NCBI GenBank assembly: GCA_049325535.1
Contig: JBMOKY010000001.1
Location: forward strand, 941,942 to 1,005,941
Origin: Patescibacteria group bacterium
Lineage (GTDB): Bacteria; Patescibacteriota; Patescibacteriia; UBA10025; JAHIVO01
Direction: 5' to 3'
DNA length: 64,000 bases
The position numbers were made by a program, and so were the translations under genes. Numbering within the stretch: the first letter of the stretch is position 1; each line of letters starts with the position of its first letter. Under the pieces are notes generated by a model that saw nothing but the letters and a program-made list of their open reading frames with translations, searched no databases and was not told where the DNA came from. Positions 10,114 to 19,113 of the stretch are shown one piece after another.

Positions 10114-10931
10114 TGAACCAGATCACCTACCAGGCCGGGGGGGTCCAGCCCGCCCAACACTCAAAATTATACTGGACCTTTGCTGACGCGGCGGTGCTGA
10201 TCGTCCGGAGCGTCAAACACATCACCAAAAATCGCGATCAACTGCTTGGGCTGACCATCCAGCCAATCATGTTTATGCTCCTCTTCCGCTATGTCTTCGG
10301 CGGGGCGATTGATACGGGTGGAGCCAGCTATGTCAATTTTCTAGTCGCCGGAATCCTCATTCAGAGTGTGGCCTTTGGCTCGCTGACCACGTCTTTGAGC
10401 GTGGCTACCGATCTCCAGCGCGGCATCGTGGATCGCATCAAATCCCTTCCCATCGCCAGCTGGGGGCTGCTGATGGGCCATGTCACCGCTGACCTGGCGC
10501 GGAACATCATCCAGGCGATAGTCATGATCGGCGTCGGTCTGCTGGTCGGATTCCGACCAGAGGCGTCACTGACGGACTGGCTGCTCATCACCGGCATGGT
10601 TCTCCTCTTTACCTTCACCATTTCCTGGACAGCAGCCATCATGGGCCTGGTGGCAAAAACCGTGGAGTCGGTGCAATGGCTGGGGTTTTTCGTGGTATTC
10701 CCGCTGACGTTTGCCAGCGCCGCGTTTGTCCCGACTGATACCATGCCCGGCTGGCTCAGGTTTTTCGCCGAAAACCAACCGGTAACGCACGTAATCGAAG
10801 CGGTCCGAGCGCTGATGCTCGGCACCCCAATCGGTGACCATGGCTGGCTAGCTGCCGTCTGGTGCATCGGTACCATCATCGTGGCGATCCCGGTGGCCAC
10901 CTATCTCTACCGTAAGCCGACGGGCCGCTAG
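10110..10931 (+). CDS. ABC-2 type transporter permease (DrrB-like)
   Basis: 273 aa with 6 TM; overlaps the upstream ATPase by 4 nt. Confidence 0.85.
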   Translation: MMNQITYQAGGVQPAQHSKLYWTFADAAVLIVRSVKHITKNRDQLLGLTIQPIMFMLLFRYVFGGAIDTGGASYVNFLVAGILIQSVAFGSLTTSLSVATDLQRGIVDRIKSLPIASWGLLMGHVTADLARNIIQAIVMIGVGLLVGFRPEASLTDWLLITGMVLLFTFTISWTAAIMGLVAKTVESVQWLGFFVVFPLTFASAAFVPTDTMPGWLRFFAENQPVTHVIEAVRALMLGTPIGDHGWLAAVWCIGTIIVAIPVATYLYRKPTGR

Positions 10932-10937
10932 AATAAT

Positions 10938-12719
10938 TTAGACAGCGGGGGCAACAACGGGATCAGCCGCGGGCGTTTCCCGGCTACTGACCTGCTCGCG
11001 CCACAGAGCGGCGTACAGACCACCCCGCTCCAATAAATCTGAGTGTCGTCCCTGCTCGACCACGGAGCCTTTGGCAAATACATAAATCCGATCGGCATGG
11101 GTCACCGTCGACAGCCGATGTGCCACTAATACCGTCATTAAATTCGCCCGCGATCGGACTATGTCCCGGATGGTAGTGGTAATGGCAGTTTCCGTTATCG
11201 AGTCCAGGCTGCTCGTTGCCTCGTCAAAGATGATTAAATCCGGCTGCCGCAGCAGGGCTCGGGCGATTGCCAGGCGCTGGCGTTCACCGCCGGATAATTT
11301 GAGACCACCTTCGCCGATTTTCGTGTCCAGCCCATATGGCGCGCGGTCCAGAATATGCTGGGCAGCTGCCGCCTCCAGAGCCCGCACGCAATCAGCATCT
11401 GTCGCTTGTGGTCGGACAAAGAGGAGATTCTCCCGGATGGTACCGGCAAAGAGCTGGGTTTCCTGCGCTACCAATCCAATCCGGCGGCGGAACTGCGCCA
11501 TATCGACAGTGGTCAAATCGGTCCCATTGATAGTGACGGATCCGGTTGACGGACGGTACAGCCCAGCCAGCAATTTGACCATGGTTGTCTTGCCTGAGCC
11601 AGACGGACCGACAAACCCCACGGTTTCACCGGCACGGATAGATAATGATATGCCAGCCAGCGCCGGGCGCAAGGCGCTGACATACGAAAAACCGACACCC
11701 TGAAAGCTGACGTGGGTCAGCCGGTCCACGGGCTGAGCATCCGCCGGCTGGGCTTCTGCCGGGATGTGCAATATGTTCTGAAGTTGCGCACTCGACGCCT
11801 TCGCCTCCTGATATTCAGTCGCCACCGTCCCAAGTTCATACAGCGGGGAAAAAACAAAGAAGGAATAAATATATAGGCTGAAAAATTCCCCCAGCGTAAT
11901 CGTGCCCTGAAACACAAACCACAACATCAGCAGCAGGAGTAATGAACGCAGGGCATTAACCGCCGTCCCCTGCCAAAATGACAAGGTACGAACGTATTTG
12001 ACCTTCTCCAGCTCCAGCTTGAGTATTGCTTCATTCACCCGGTTCAATCGGCTGATCTCCTGCTGCTCCAAACCCAAACTCTTGACCAGCTCGACGTTGC
12101 GGAGCGTTTCCGTGGTGGAGCCGGCCAGATCCGCCTCTTCTTTCACGATTTTCTGCTGGGCTGCTTTTATCTTCCGACTGAGATAATACGTCAGCGCAGC
12201 CAGTATCGGTATCATGGAAAAATAAACCACCCCGATAGCCCAATTGACGACAAACGCGTACGCCAGTACAAACACAATCCCCACCGCGGAAAGGAACAGG
12301 ACGCTCACCGCGCTTTTTATGAGTTTTTGGGCGTCGGTGCGGGCTTTTTCCAATTTTTGCAGCAACTCCCCGGAACGCTGATCCTCAAACGCGCTATAGG
12401 GAAGCGAAAATGAGTGCCCCACGCTGTCCGCGTACAGATGCGCGCCCAGCCGCTCAGTAATCACATTGACATAGTAGTCCTGAAAATTCTTTGCCAGACG
12501 GGAAACCAAGGCCACGCCCACCGATGCCAGCAGCAAGAGTATCACGCCGCGCAAAAAATCGGCCGATTCAAATTCCTGAAACCGGGTGGCATATTGATCA
12601 ATGATGATGCGAAAAATCTGAGGATCAATCAGTGAAAAAACCTGATTGATAGCTGCCAGCCCGAGCGCTAGGAGCAGGGTACGGCGATGAATACTGAGGT
12701 AGTGCCACAGCAGTCTCAT
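10938..12719 (-). CDS. ABC exporter, fused permease-ATPase (MsbA/LmrA-like)
   Basis: 593 aa with an N-terminal 6-TM domain and a C-terminal NBD (GPSGSGKTT; LSGGERQRLAIARAL; IIFDEATSSLD). Confidence 0.9.
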   Translation of the reverse strand: MRLLWHYLSIHRRTLLLALGLAAINQVFSLIDPQIFRIIIDQYATRFQEFESADFLRGVILLLLASVGVALVSRLAKNFQDYYVNVITERLGAHLYADSVGHSFSLPYSAFEDQRSGELLQKLEKARTDAQKLIKSAVSVLFLSAVGIVFVLAYAFVVNWAIGVVYFSMIPILAALTYYLSRKIKAAQQKIVKEEADLAGSTTETLRNVELVKSLGLEQQEISRLNRVNEAILKLELEKVKYVRTLSFWQGTAVNALRSLLLLLMLWFVFQGTITLGEFFSLYIYSFFVFSPLYELGTVATEYQEAKASSAQLQNILHIPAEAQPADAQPVDRLTHVSFQGVGFSYVSALRPALAGISLSIRAGETVGFVGPSGSGKTTMVKLLAGLYRPSTGSVTINGTDLTTVDMAQFRRRIGLVAQETQLFAGTIRENLLFVRPQATDADCVRALEAAAAQHILDRAPYGLDTKIGEGGLKLSGGERQRLAIARALLRQPDLIIFDEATSSLDSITETAITTTIRDIVRSRANLMTVLVAHRLSTVTHADRIYVFAKGSVVEQGRHSDLLERGGLYAALWREQVSSRETPAADPVVAPAV

Positions 12720-12784
12720 GGAAATAAATACTTAATGCTCATTACTATCAAAAGCAAACACAGTCTAGCATAATGCCTGAAACC

Positions 12785-12813
12785 TTGACAAACCCATGCC
12801 AGTACGGTATGAT
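12785..12813 (+). promoter_or_regulatory. Consensus sigma70 promoter TTGACA-N17-TATGAT
   Basis: Exact consensus hexamers with a 17-nt spacer; GAGGAGG RBS and ATG at 12894 lie downstream. Confidence 0.7.
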
Positions 12814-12893
12814 ACGCGGTTACTCTGCCCTTTTTACATATACATATTTCTCAATTCACCCTATTAACCCTAAACCCTTGAGGAGGTTTAGTA

Positions 12894-13463
12894 ATGCCAA
12901 CATTTTGGGAAACGCCTGAGGCTGAGCTCTTGAAACAGCTGCTCACCAAAACCACGCAACCGTGGCCGTACTGGTTTATGCACCGGCTCAATGCACTCAT
13001 CCCCATGATGGGTGTCGAATCGGTCATCCTGCGGCAACGAGAAGGTATCGTCGAAGTGCTGCTCACCCAGCGTGACGGTGATGATCTCGACTGGCCATGG
13101 TACTACCATGTACCCGGCTCAACGGTCCGAGACACCGATATCACACTCGATCGCAGGCCAGACGAAATCTACACGTCGGTACTCCGGCGTATCTGGGCGA
13201 ATGAGCTCCAGCTCAGCCAGGAAAAGATTGACCGGATAACGGCCACAAAATGCGATGTCATTCCCTGGCGACACACTCGTGGCGGCTGCATCTCAACGAT
13301 ATTCCTCTGCCAGGCGTATGCGGTCGAATTTCCGGTTGGACATTTTCACCCGGTACATCGGCTTCCGCAACCGTTCCTCGGTGGCCAGGAAATTCTCATC
13401 ACGACGGCCATGGCCTACCTCGCGGCGCACTCCGACTTTTTCTGTACGGGATTGCCCGACTAA
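12894..13463 (+). CDS. hypothetical protein (possibly a degenerate NUDIX-like fold)
   Basis: 189 aa with strong RBS GAGGAGG and its own consensus promoter and terminator. It has weak resemblance to a Nudix beta-grasp (…GVESVILRQREGIVEVLLTQR…WYYHVPGS…) but no intact Nudix box. Confidence 0.55.
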   Translation: MPTFWETPEAELLKQLLTKTTQPWPYWFMHRLNALIPMMGVESVILRQREGIVEVLLTQRDGDDLDWPWYYHVPGSTVRDTDITLDRRPDEIYTSVLRRIWANELQLSQEKIDRITATKCDVIPWRHTRGGCISTIFLCQAYAVEFPVGHFHPVHRLPQPFLGGQEILITTAMAYLAAHSDFFCTGLPD

Positions 13464-13586
13464 CCACCTATTTTCCAGAAAGGTGAATGTATGAGACTCA
13501 CGATTTTGTGTCCCTATCGATATTCGGTGATCCATCTGGATTGCACCGATGCGCACCTCTCAATAAATCGTGTCCAGCACCTCTAA

Positions 13587-13636
13587 CCTCGTCTCTACCA
13601 AACATCACACTGATGTATTCGGAGACGAGGTTTTTT
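13587..13636 (+). terminator. Rho-independent terminator (9-bp stem CCTCGTCTC/GAGACGAGG, large loop, T6 tail)
   Basis: Seen directly; follows the 12894..13463 CDS. Confidence 0.5.
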
Positions 13637-13704
13637 CATACCACAAACCCCGCCGTGACAGACGGCAGAGCTGTGGTATAAATGTGAAGACACCGGATAC
13701 TAGC

Positions 13705-13932
13705 TTAGGATTGGGCCGCGGCTGATCCGGACTTCATCATGCTAGGCATTCTGACCAGCTGGTAGACAGCCGCCAGACCGACCAAGGCGTAGACGACACG
13801 GGCGATGGCACTGCCATCACCAAAGATGGCCGCCACGAGATCCCAGTCGAGAAAACCGACCAGTCCCCAGTTCAGTCCACCCACCACCAGCAAAATAAAG
13901 GCAATCATATCAACAGCATTTGGTTTTTTCAT
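13705..13932 (-). CDS. DUF378 family small membrane protein
   Basis: 75 aa with the motif ILLVVGGLNWGLVGFLDWDLVAAIFG…VYALVGLAAVYQL typical of DUF378. Confidence 0.75.
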   Translation of the reverse strand: MKKPNAVDMIAFILLVVGGLNWGLVGFLDWDLVAAIFGDGSAIARVVYALVGLAAVYQLVRMPSMMKSGSAAAQS

Positions 13933-14067
13933 AGTATGTGCGTAATTATTAGTTAAGGCGCTTTTGCAGGCTCGACTCCATCCTGCAGCAGAGAGTACCC
14001 GGGACCACCCCCGCTCTGAGCAACATCAGTGTAATGAACAGTTGTGGTCATGCGTAGTATCGGGTAC

Positions 14068-14095
14068 TTGCATACATTAAGATAAGTGATATACT
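14068..14095 (+). promoter_or_regulatory. Promoter TTGCAT-N16-TATACT; transcript effectively leaderless
   Basis: -10 ends 6 nt before the ATG at 14102 and there is no SD; the inverted repeat ATGCAaaacgTGCAT overlaps the start codon. Confidence 0.5.
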
Positions 14096-14101
14096 AAAAA
14101 C

Positions 14102-15007
14102 ATGCAAAACGTGCATTTTACCCCTCCCCAACTCGCCCAACTCTTCGATGTCAACGTTTCCACCATCAAACGCTGGGTGGATCGTGGCTACCTCGAAGCT
14201 GAAGTGACGGCTGGCGGCCACCGTCGGGTGAACCGTGACCAGCTGACGCGATTTATCCGGCGTTACCCGAAATACAGCCGCGCCTACACCCTGAAACGGC
14301 TTGGTCAACAGCGGGACGACATCGCCGACGACCGCTGGCAACAGTACTACGACCTGCTCCAGCAAAACAACATGAAACAAGCCGCGCAGTTCATTGACCG
14401 GCTCTATATCACCAATGTGCCGATCCAGACGATTATCAGCCGGGTGATTATGCCGGCGCTCCGGCACATGGGCGAGCTGTACCAGGCCAAAAAAATATCG
14501 GTCTATGAGGAGCACCGGATGAGCTTTTTGCTCCGCATGCACGTCATCCGCCTGGATGGCTATATTCCGGATACGACTGACGCCCATTCCCCGTCGGTCA
14601 TCCTGGCCTGCGCACCAGGTGAATTCAACGAGCTGCCGCTCCAGATCATCGCTCTGCAGTACAAACTCCACGGCTGGAAAACCCATGTACTAGGGATCAA
14701 TATCGGCATCGAAGAGCTCAAAAAAGCCAGTGCGCGCATCAGGCCACAGATGATCGTGCCGACTAAAACCTACACCGACCGGCCATCGACGCGGTTTTTT
14801 AATGCGCTGACCACCTTTGCCGCCCATCACGGCATCATCCTGGGGTTCGGCGGTCCGATCTGGAAAAAATGGTTTAGCGTCAAACGGAAAAAATGCTGGT
14901 CAAACGACCCCTGCGTCCTCTTTTTCAATGGCCTGAAAGATTTCGAGAAATTTTTGGCGGAATACAAACCAGGCGCCAAACGACGAGGCAGACGCGGATC
15001 GCCATGA
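14102..15007 (+). CDS. MerR-type HTH regulator with C-terminal B12-binding-like domain (CarH/LitR-like architecture)
   Basis: N-terminal HTH (LAQLFDVNVSTIKRWVDRGYL), central helical bundle and a Rossmann-like B12-binding-type domain (…VILACAPGEFNELPLQIIALQYKLHGWKTHVLGINIG…). The canonical DxHxxG histidine is not evident. Confidence 0.7.
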   Translation: MQNVHFTPPQLAQLFDVNVSTIKRWVDRGYLEAEVTAGGHRRVNRDQLTRFIRRYPKYSRAYTLKRLGQQRDDIADDRWQQYYDLLQQNNMKQAAQFIDRLYITNVPIQTIISRVIMPALRHMGELYQAKKISVYEEHRMSFLLRMHVIRLDGYIPDTTDAHSPSVILACAPGEFNELPLQIIALQYKLHGWKTHVLGINIGIEELKKASARIRPQMIVPTKTYTDRPSTRFFNALTTFAAHHGIILGFGGPIWKKWFSVKRKKCWSNDPCVLFFNGLKDFEKFLAEYKPGAKRRGRRGSP

Positions 15008-15033
15008 AACGCGATGGAGGCGGACGAAAATCA

Positions 15034-15064
15034 AAACGAGCGGGCATATACCCGCTCGTTTATC
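15034..15064. terminator. Bidirectional rho-independent terminator (10-bp stem AACGAGCGGG/CCCGCTCGTT)
   Basis: Sits between the convergent MerR-B12 gene and the FG-GAP gene, with T-rich tracts on both sides. Confidence 0.65.
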
Positions 15065-15080
15065 CTTAATCAGGAAATCA

Positions 15081-16703
15081 CTAAAATATGCCCGCCGCCA
15101 GCGTGATGCCACCGGTATAGTCCTTGCCATACGCGGCAAAGGACGGTGACAATAGTCGCCCGGTAGCGCTCATGATCTTTATCCAGCCGACATCCTGGCC
15201 ACCCACGCCGACGATCAATTCCTGCTGACCATTGCCATTCGTATCCAGCGCAGCCACTGAAACACCGCCGCTAAACTCACGATTGAAGGCAAAGAAGCCC
15301 GGACTGGACAATGCCAATCCCTTATTGGAACCGATACCGACTACCCGCACATGAGGGCCGCCTGATCCATACACCCCCGTTACGACTTCGTCTTTACCGT
15401 TGCCATTCAAATCAGCCATGGTCGTGGTCACCCCGCCGCGAAACGTATTGGCATACGCCATCACCCCGAGGGTAACGGGAACAAACCGGTGGTTGCGAAC
15501 GCCGAATACTCGCACATGAGGGCCGCCGCCGCTAATTGGTGTGGTAATGATATCCCCGACGCCATCACCCTCCAGGTCACCGACGGAAAGCGCAAGGCCG
15601 CCGCGGAAAGCGGTGTCGTAGGCGTAGAAATGCTCAGTCACGGGAACGATACTGTCACCTCGAAGACCGAAAACACGCACCTGAGGAGCGCCGCCACTCA
15701 TGGGAGCGACGATGATTTCGTCGATACCGTCACTTTCGATATCGCCAACTGCCAGGCTGACCCCGCCACGGAATCCAGACGCAAACGCGTCGAAATCCCA
15801 TCCTTTACTGGTGCCGTTGATGTCGAAAATTTTCACCGTGGGAACCCCGCCACGGCGGGTGCTGACAATGATTTCATTCTCATCGTCACCATTGATATCA
15901 CCAACTGCTACATTGATACCACCCCACCAATTGCTATATGCGTCGAAATTGTGGAGTAAATTACCGGCAGTATCAAATACTCGCACTTCCGGACCACCGC
16001 CGGCCTTTGTGCCAGTCACGATAGCCCGAATCGGAACACGCTGGGCCATGAATAATGATGCGTGATCAACGCTAAACGAGCAATACTGTCGAAAATCAAC
16101 GGTGCAATACGAATCAGGGGTCCAGGAAGCTTGCACTCCCTCTTCGGTGAACGTCTGGATCAGTAAATTTTCACCAATCAGCGAAGTATCCTCGATGTAC
16201 ATGGAGATCTGAATTGGTTTACTGAAATGCAGTCCCATTTCGGGAATGCCGAGCCGCATCGCGGCTACAGCACCCACGAAATCGGTCAGCTGGGAAAGAC
16301 TGTAGGCTTCATTGACTAGCTGATAAAATCGAAATGGAGTCCCAGAATAATTTGTGACCACCGTCCCGGCAGGAAAAGTCACCCGAGCAACTTCAGAACT
16401 GTATACCCACTCTTGTTCAATGGTTACTGACGCACTATCATCAGTATTGGCAATTATCAAATGTGCATCGGGAAACAGTGCGGCTAGCTGTACCCCGGTT
16501 TTCCAAGAATTGTTATTTAATTTATCAACGAGATACAGATACTCGACCGTCCATAGACCCACCTTGCTATACTGAGGGATAACTGCGGTTGAGGTATAGG
16601 TACCGTTATTATCATCACCGGAAACACGAGTCCATGCGTGAAAGTCGATTAACTGGGTACCAATCAAGGGGCGAAGTCGTAATGAGTGTTGCTGGTATTG
16701 CAT
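15081..16703 (-). CDS. FG-GAP / VCBS-repeat protein (integrin-alpha-like beta-propeller repeats); appears to lack its own signal peptide
   Basis: Repeated motifs GDINGDDENEIIV, GDIESDGIDEIIV, GDLEGDGVGDIIT, ADLNGNGKDEVV and LDTNGNGQQELIV. The start is placed at the first ATG (16703); the ORF track uses TTG at 16715, and the frame is open up to 16745. Confidence 0.8.
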   Translation of the reverse strand: MQYQQHSLRLRPLIGTQLIDFHAWTRVSGDDNNGTYTSTAVIPQYSKVGLWTVEYLYLVDKLNNNSWKTGVQLAALFPDAHLIIANTDDSASVTIEQEWVYSSEVARVTFPAGTVVTNYSGTPFRFYQLVNEAYSLSQLTDFVGAVAAMRLGIPEMGLHFSKPIQISMYIEDTSLIGENLLIQTFTEEGVQASWTPDSYCTVDFRQYCSFSVDHASLFMAQRVPIRAIVTGTKAGGGPEVRVFDTAGNLLHNFDAYSNWWGGINVAVGDINGDDENEIIVSTRRGGVPTVKIFDINGTSKGWDFDAFASGFRGGVSLAVGDIESDGIDEIIVAPMSGGAPQVRVFGLRGDSIVPVTEHFYAYDTAFRGGLALSVGDLEGDGVGDIITTPISGGGPHVRVFGVRNHRFVPVTLGVMAYANTFRGGVTTTMADLNGNGKDEVVTGVYGSGGPHVRVVGIGSNKGLALSSPGFFAFNREFSGGVSVAALDTNGNGQQELIVGVGGQDVGWIKIMSATGRLLSPSFAAYGKDYTGGITLAAGIF

Positions 16704-16930
16704 GCCGATCCACAATCGCCGGGTATGGCAACTCCCACTAAATCGTCAGTCAATGTTACGGTCAAGGTGATTGTCTGATCACCGCTGCCAGTATCTATGG
16801 TCACCGGAGAAAAATTAATCGCCGTCACCCTGGGGGCAGTGTTATCTTCGGCAGCTTGGGTAGCATGCACTACGCCAAAAATACCGGCGGTAATAAGCAC
16901 CCCGGCTACTAAATATGAAATACCTTTCAT
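16664..16930 (-). CDS. signal-peptide-bearing N-terminal fragment, probably the 5' part of the FG-GAP gene separated by a frameshift
   Basis: 88 aa with a clear signal peptide (MKGISYLVAGVLITAGIFGVVHATQA) and no recognisable domain. It overlaps the FG-GAP frame by ~50-80 nt in a different frame. Confidence 0.5.
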   Translation of the reverse strand: MKGISYLVAGVLITAGIFGVVHATQAAEDNTAPRVTAINFSPVTIDTGSGDQTITLTVTLTDDLVGVAIPGDCGSACNTSNTHYDFAP

Positions 16931-17047
16931 ATTATTTTGTATTACAAATTAATTGTATGTAAGTATACACCCGCTGAATAAAAAAATCAAGTATTTTTAG
17001 CTAATATTAGTAATAATTATTGATAGTCTACGAATAAAAAATTCAAA

Positions 17048-17083
17048 GACCCCCCCTGATCAATCAGGGGGGGGTCTTTTTTG
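17048..17083 (-). terminator. Strong GC hairpin (G7-8/C7-8 stem) with T-tracts on both sides; terminator of the cupredoxin/dsb operon
   Basis: GACCCCCCCTGATCAATCAGGGGGGGGTC followed by TTTTTTG on the plus strand and TTTGAATTTTTT on the minus strand. Confidence 0.8.
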
Positions 17084-17100
17084 AAAATAAAGACGGCCAA

Positions 17101-17568
17101 TTACTGGACAATCACCGTACCAGTGCTGCTGTCATTTTCATGATCATGGTACTGATAGGTACCGGCAGTAAAAAACTGAACAACATAGGTCTCTCCGGAG
17201 CTGATTTCCCCTGTCCCGTCGTCTTCCCAGACTCCCAGATAATCAGTATGGTCAGGGTGCTGGTCAGGCGCCACATAGACCATATCTGAACCGGTATTGG
17301 TCCAGGTGACCGTGCCACCAACGGAAATCGTGATACTATTCGGGGCAAAACCGGTGGTGCTGGAAGCAGACACCGACGCTGTATCTGGCGCTGCGGCATT
17401 TGTATTGCCATTGAGTGGGGCGGTGTTCGTGGTCTTGGTATTCACGTTCAATCCGGACGTTTGGTTAATGTTGGAATTTGATCCACTGTCATCCGACGAT
17501 AACCAAATCACTCCGACAATGACGATGATAACCACAAACAGGATCATGCCGAGGATTTTAGTATTCAT
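17101..17568 (-). CDS. membrane-anchored cupredoxin-like domain protein (no Cys ligand; His-rich HPDH / YHDHE motifs)
   Basis: N-terminal TM, a Thr/Asn-rich linker, and a C-terminal ~90-aa beta-rich domain resembling plastocyanin-like folds (ITISVGGTVTWTNTGSDMVYV…) but without any cysteine. Confidence 0.6.
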   Translation of the reverse strand: MNTKILGMILFVVIIVIVGVIWLSSDDSGSNSNINQTSGLNVNTKTTNTAPLNGNTNAAAPDTASVSASSTTGFAPNSITISVGGTVTWTNTGSDMVYVAPDQHPDHTDYLGVWEDDGTGEISSGETYVVQFFTAGTYQYHDHENDSSTGTVIVQ

Positions 17569-17583
17569 AGGACCTGTATTTGA

Positions 17584-18219
17584 TTAATGATCTTTTGTCA
17601 TAGGGCTGGCTGAAATCGTGCGCATCCGGCAGACCGCCGGATTGATAATCGATCGCGACAAATACCAAATGGAAAACAAAACCGCCGCCAGCCCGATCAG
17701 GGTAAATTCGGTCCCCCGCAGCGGCAGCACCCCGAGCAAACCAGAGGTAGCGCCAAAACCGATGATGGCCGACAGCAATACCGATCCACAGGATGTACAG
17801 CCGATGCCAAAAATGCTGAGCACCATCCCCCACCATCCGGCAGAAACTGCTCGTACCTGAGCCAGACGGTGCTTCAGATAATGGATAAACAGAGCGGTAT
17901 TGATACCGCCGGCCAAAGCCACAGCAAATAACAGCACACGTCCCCACCCGGTCACCTCACTGCCGAAGCTGCCCAGGGAGCGCCAGAGTATGACAATACG
18001 ATCGCCGAAACTGAAAAAATCCGCCCTGACTACCGAAGACCAAAAACCGATTTGAGAAATGATCACCAGCAGCACGATAAATACCAGCGTCGTGCCCAGA
18101 GCGATAAACACATATCCTGGACGGCGAAATACGACCGCACCCGCGCGGACGATCGTACGCAACGGATTGTTGAATGTGGAGGGCATGTGCATGTCAGCCA
18201 TCCAGTGGCGGGGGTACAA
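17584..18219 (-). CDS. polytopic membrane protein with intramembrane CxxC (GIGCTSCGS); candidate thiol-oxidoreductase partner of the adjacent DsbA-like protein
   Basis: 211 aa with ~4 TM; a CxxC lies inside the third hydrophobic segment plus a single C-terminal Cys. It lies 24 nt downstream of the DsbA-like gene in the same operon and shows no DsbB or VKOR loop cysteine pair. Confidence 0.65.
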   Translation of the reverse strand: MYPRHWMADMHMPSTFNNPLRTIVRAGAVVFRRPGYVFIALGTTLVFIVLLVIISQIGFWSSVVRADFFSFGDRIVILWRSLGSFGSEVTGWGRVLLFAVALAGGINTALFIHYLKHRLAQVRAVSAGWWGMVLSIFGIGCTSCGSVLLSAIIGFGATSGLLGVLPLRGTEFTLIGLAAVLFSIWYLSRSIINPAVCRMRTISASPMTKDH

Positions 18220-18243
18220 ACCCCCGCCACTGGAACTGCCTAC

Positions 18244-19041
18244 TTAATTGAGCAGCAGATTATCAATCGTGCTCTTCAGGCTGGAATACGGCTGGGCGCC
18301 GCTGACGGGAACCTTGGTTCCGTCCTGGCTGATCGCTACCGAATACGGGGTGCCATTGCCACCGGCGTTGATTGCATCCTGGTAATGTTGCTGAACTTTT
18401 TCGGTAAATTTACCGCTGGACAGACAGTCATTGAATTCAGCGACATCCAATCCGATTTCACCGGCGATCTCCGGCAACTTCGCCTCATCGAGTCCGTTAT
18501 TTGCTGGCGTGATCTCATATATCTTGTCGATATACTGCCAGAATGCGTCATTGCCGCCCTGATCGTACGCACACTCAGACGCCTCTGATTCTTTGGGTGC
18601 CTTCGGGTGGAGCGATTCCAGAGGGAAATGGCGGTACACCCAGGCGACTTTATCCCCGTACTCCTGGCTCATCTGCTGGAGCGTTGTATGGAATTGTTTG
18701 CAGTACGGACACTCCAGGTCAGAATACTCTACCAATACGACCTCAGCGGTATCCAGATTGCCCCGGATATGGTCATCAGAAGTGATAGCCGCCAGATTGA
18801 TGGCCGTGGCGGTATTCGTTCCTGCGGTACTATTGGTGCCCGCATTCGTATTGGCAGTGCCGGCAAATGTCGAAGCGGAGTTGGTGTTGGTCGAGATAGA
18901 TCCCCCAAACAGAAGGATATAAAAGCCGATAGTCGACGCCACCATGAACATGGCTACCATACCGAAAACGAATGCTCGTTTCGGACCCAAAAATTCGAAA
19001 AGGGACTGCGACTTTTTATGCTGATGTTGTGTTTCTTCCAT
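18244..19041 (-). CDS. DsbA-like thiol:disulfide oxidoreductase (thioredoxin fold, membrane-anchored)
   Basis: N-terminal TM anchor, a T/N-rich linker, and a thioredoxin domain with active site CPYC (YSDLECPYCKQFH) and DsbA-like length. Confidence 0.85.
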   Translation of the reverse strand: MEETQHQHKKSQSLFEFLGPKRAFVFGMVAMFMVASTIGFYILLFGGSISTNTNSASTFAGTANTNAGTNSTAGTNTATAINLAAITSDDHIRGNLDTAEVVLVEYSDLECPYCKQFHTTLQQMSQEYGDKVAWVYRHFPLESLHPKAPKESEASECAYDQGGNDAFWQYIDKIYEITPANNGLDEAKLPEIAGEIGLDVAEFNDCLSSGKFTEKVQQHYQDAINAGGNGTPYSVAISQDGTKVPVSGAQPYSSLKSTIDNLLLN

Positions 19042-19113
19042 AGACGTAAGTCAATAGTAAATCGTAACCAAGCCACCCTGCGGCGGCTGTCCTGACAGAT
19101 CAGGCGCGCCTGA

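Noticed and set aside
10361-10900. 179-aa minus-strand ORF inside the ABC-2 permease gene
   Set aside because: It is antisense to a gene with clear TM periodicity; it is a GC-rich spurious frame.
14048-14686. 212-aa minus-strand ORF
   Set aside because: It is antisense to the well-supported MerR/B12-binding gene and has no domain features.
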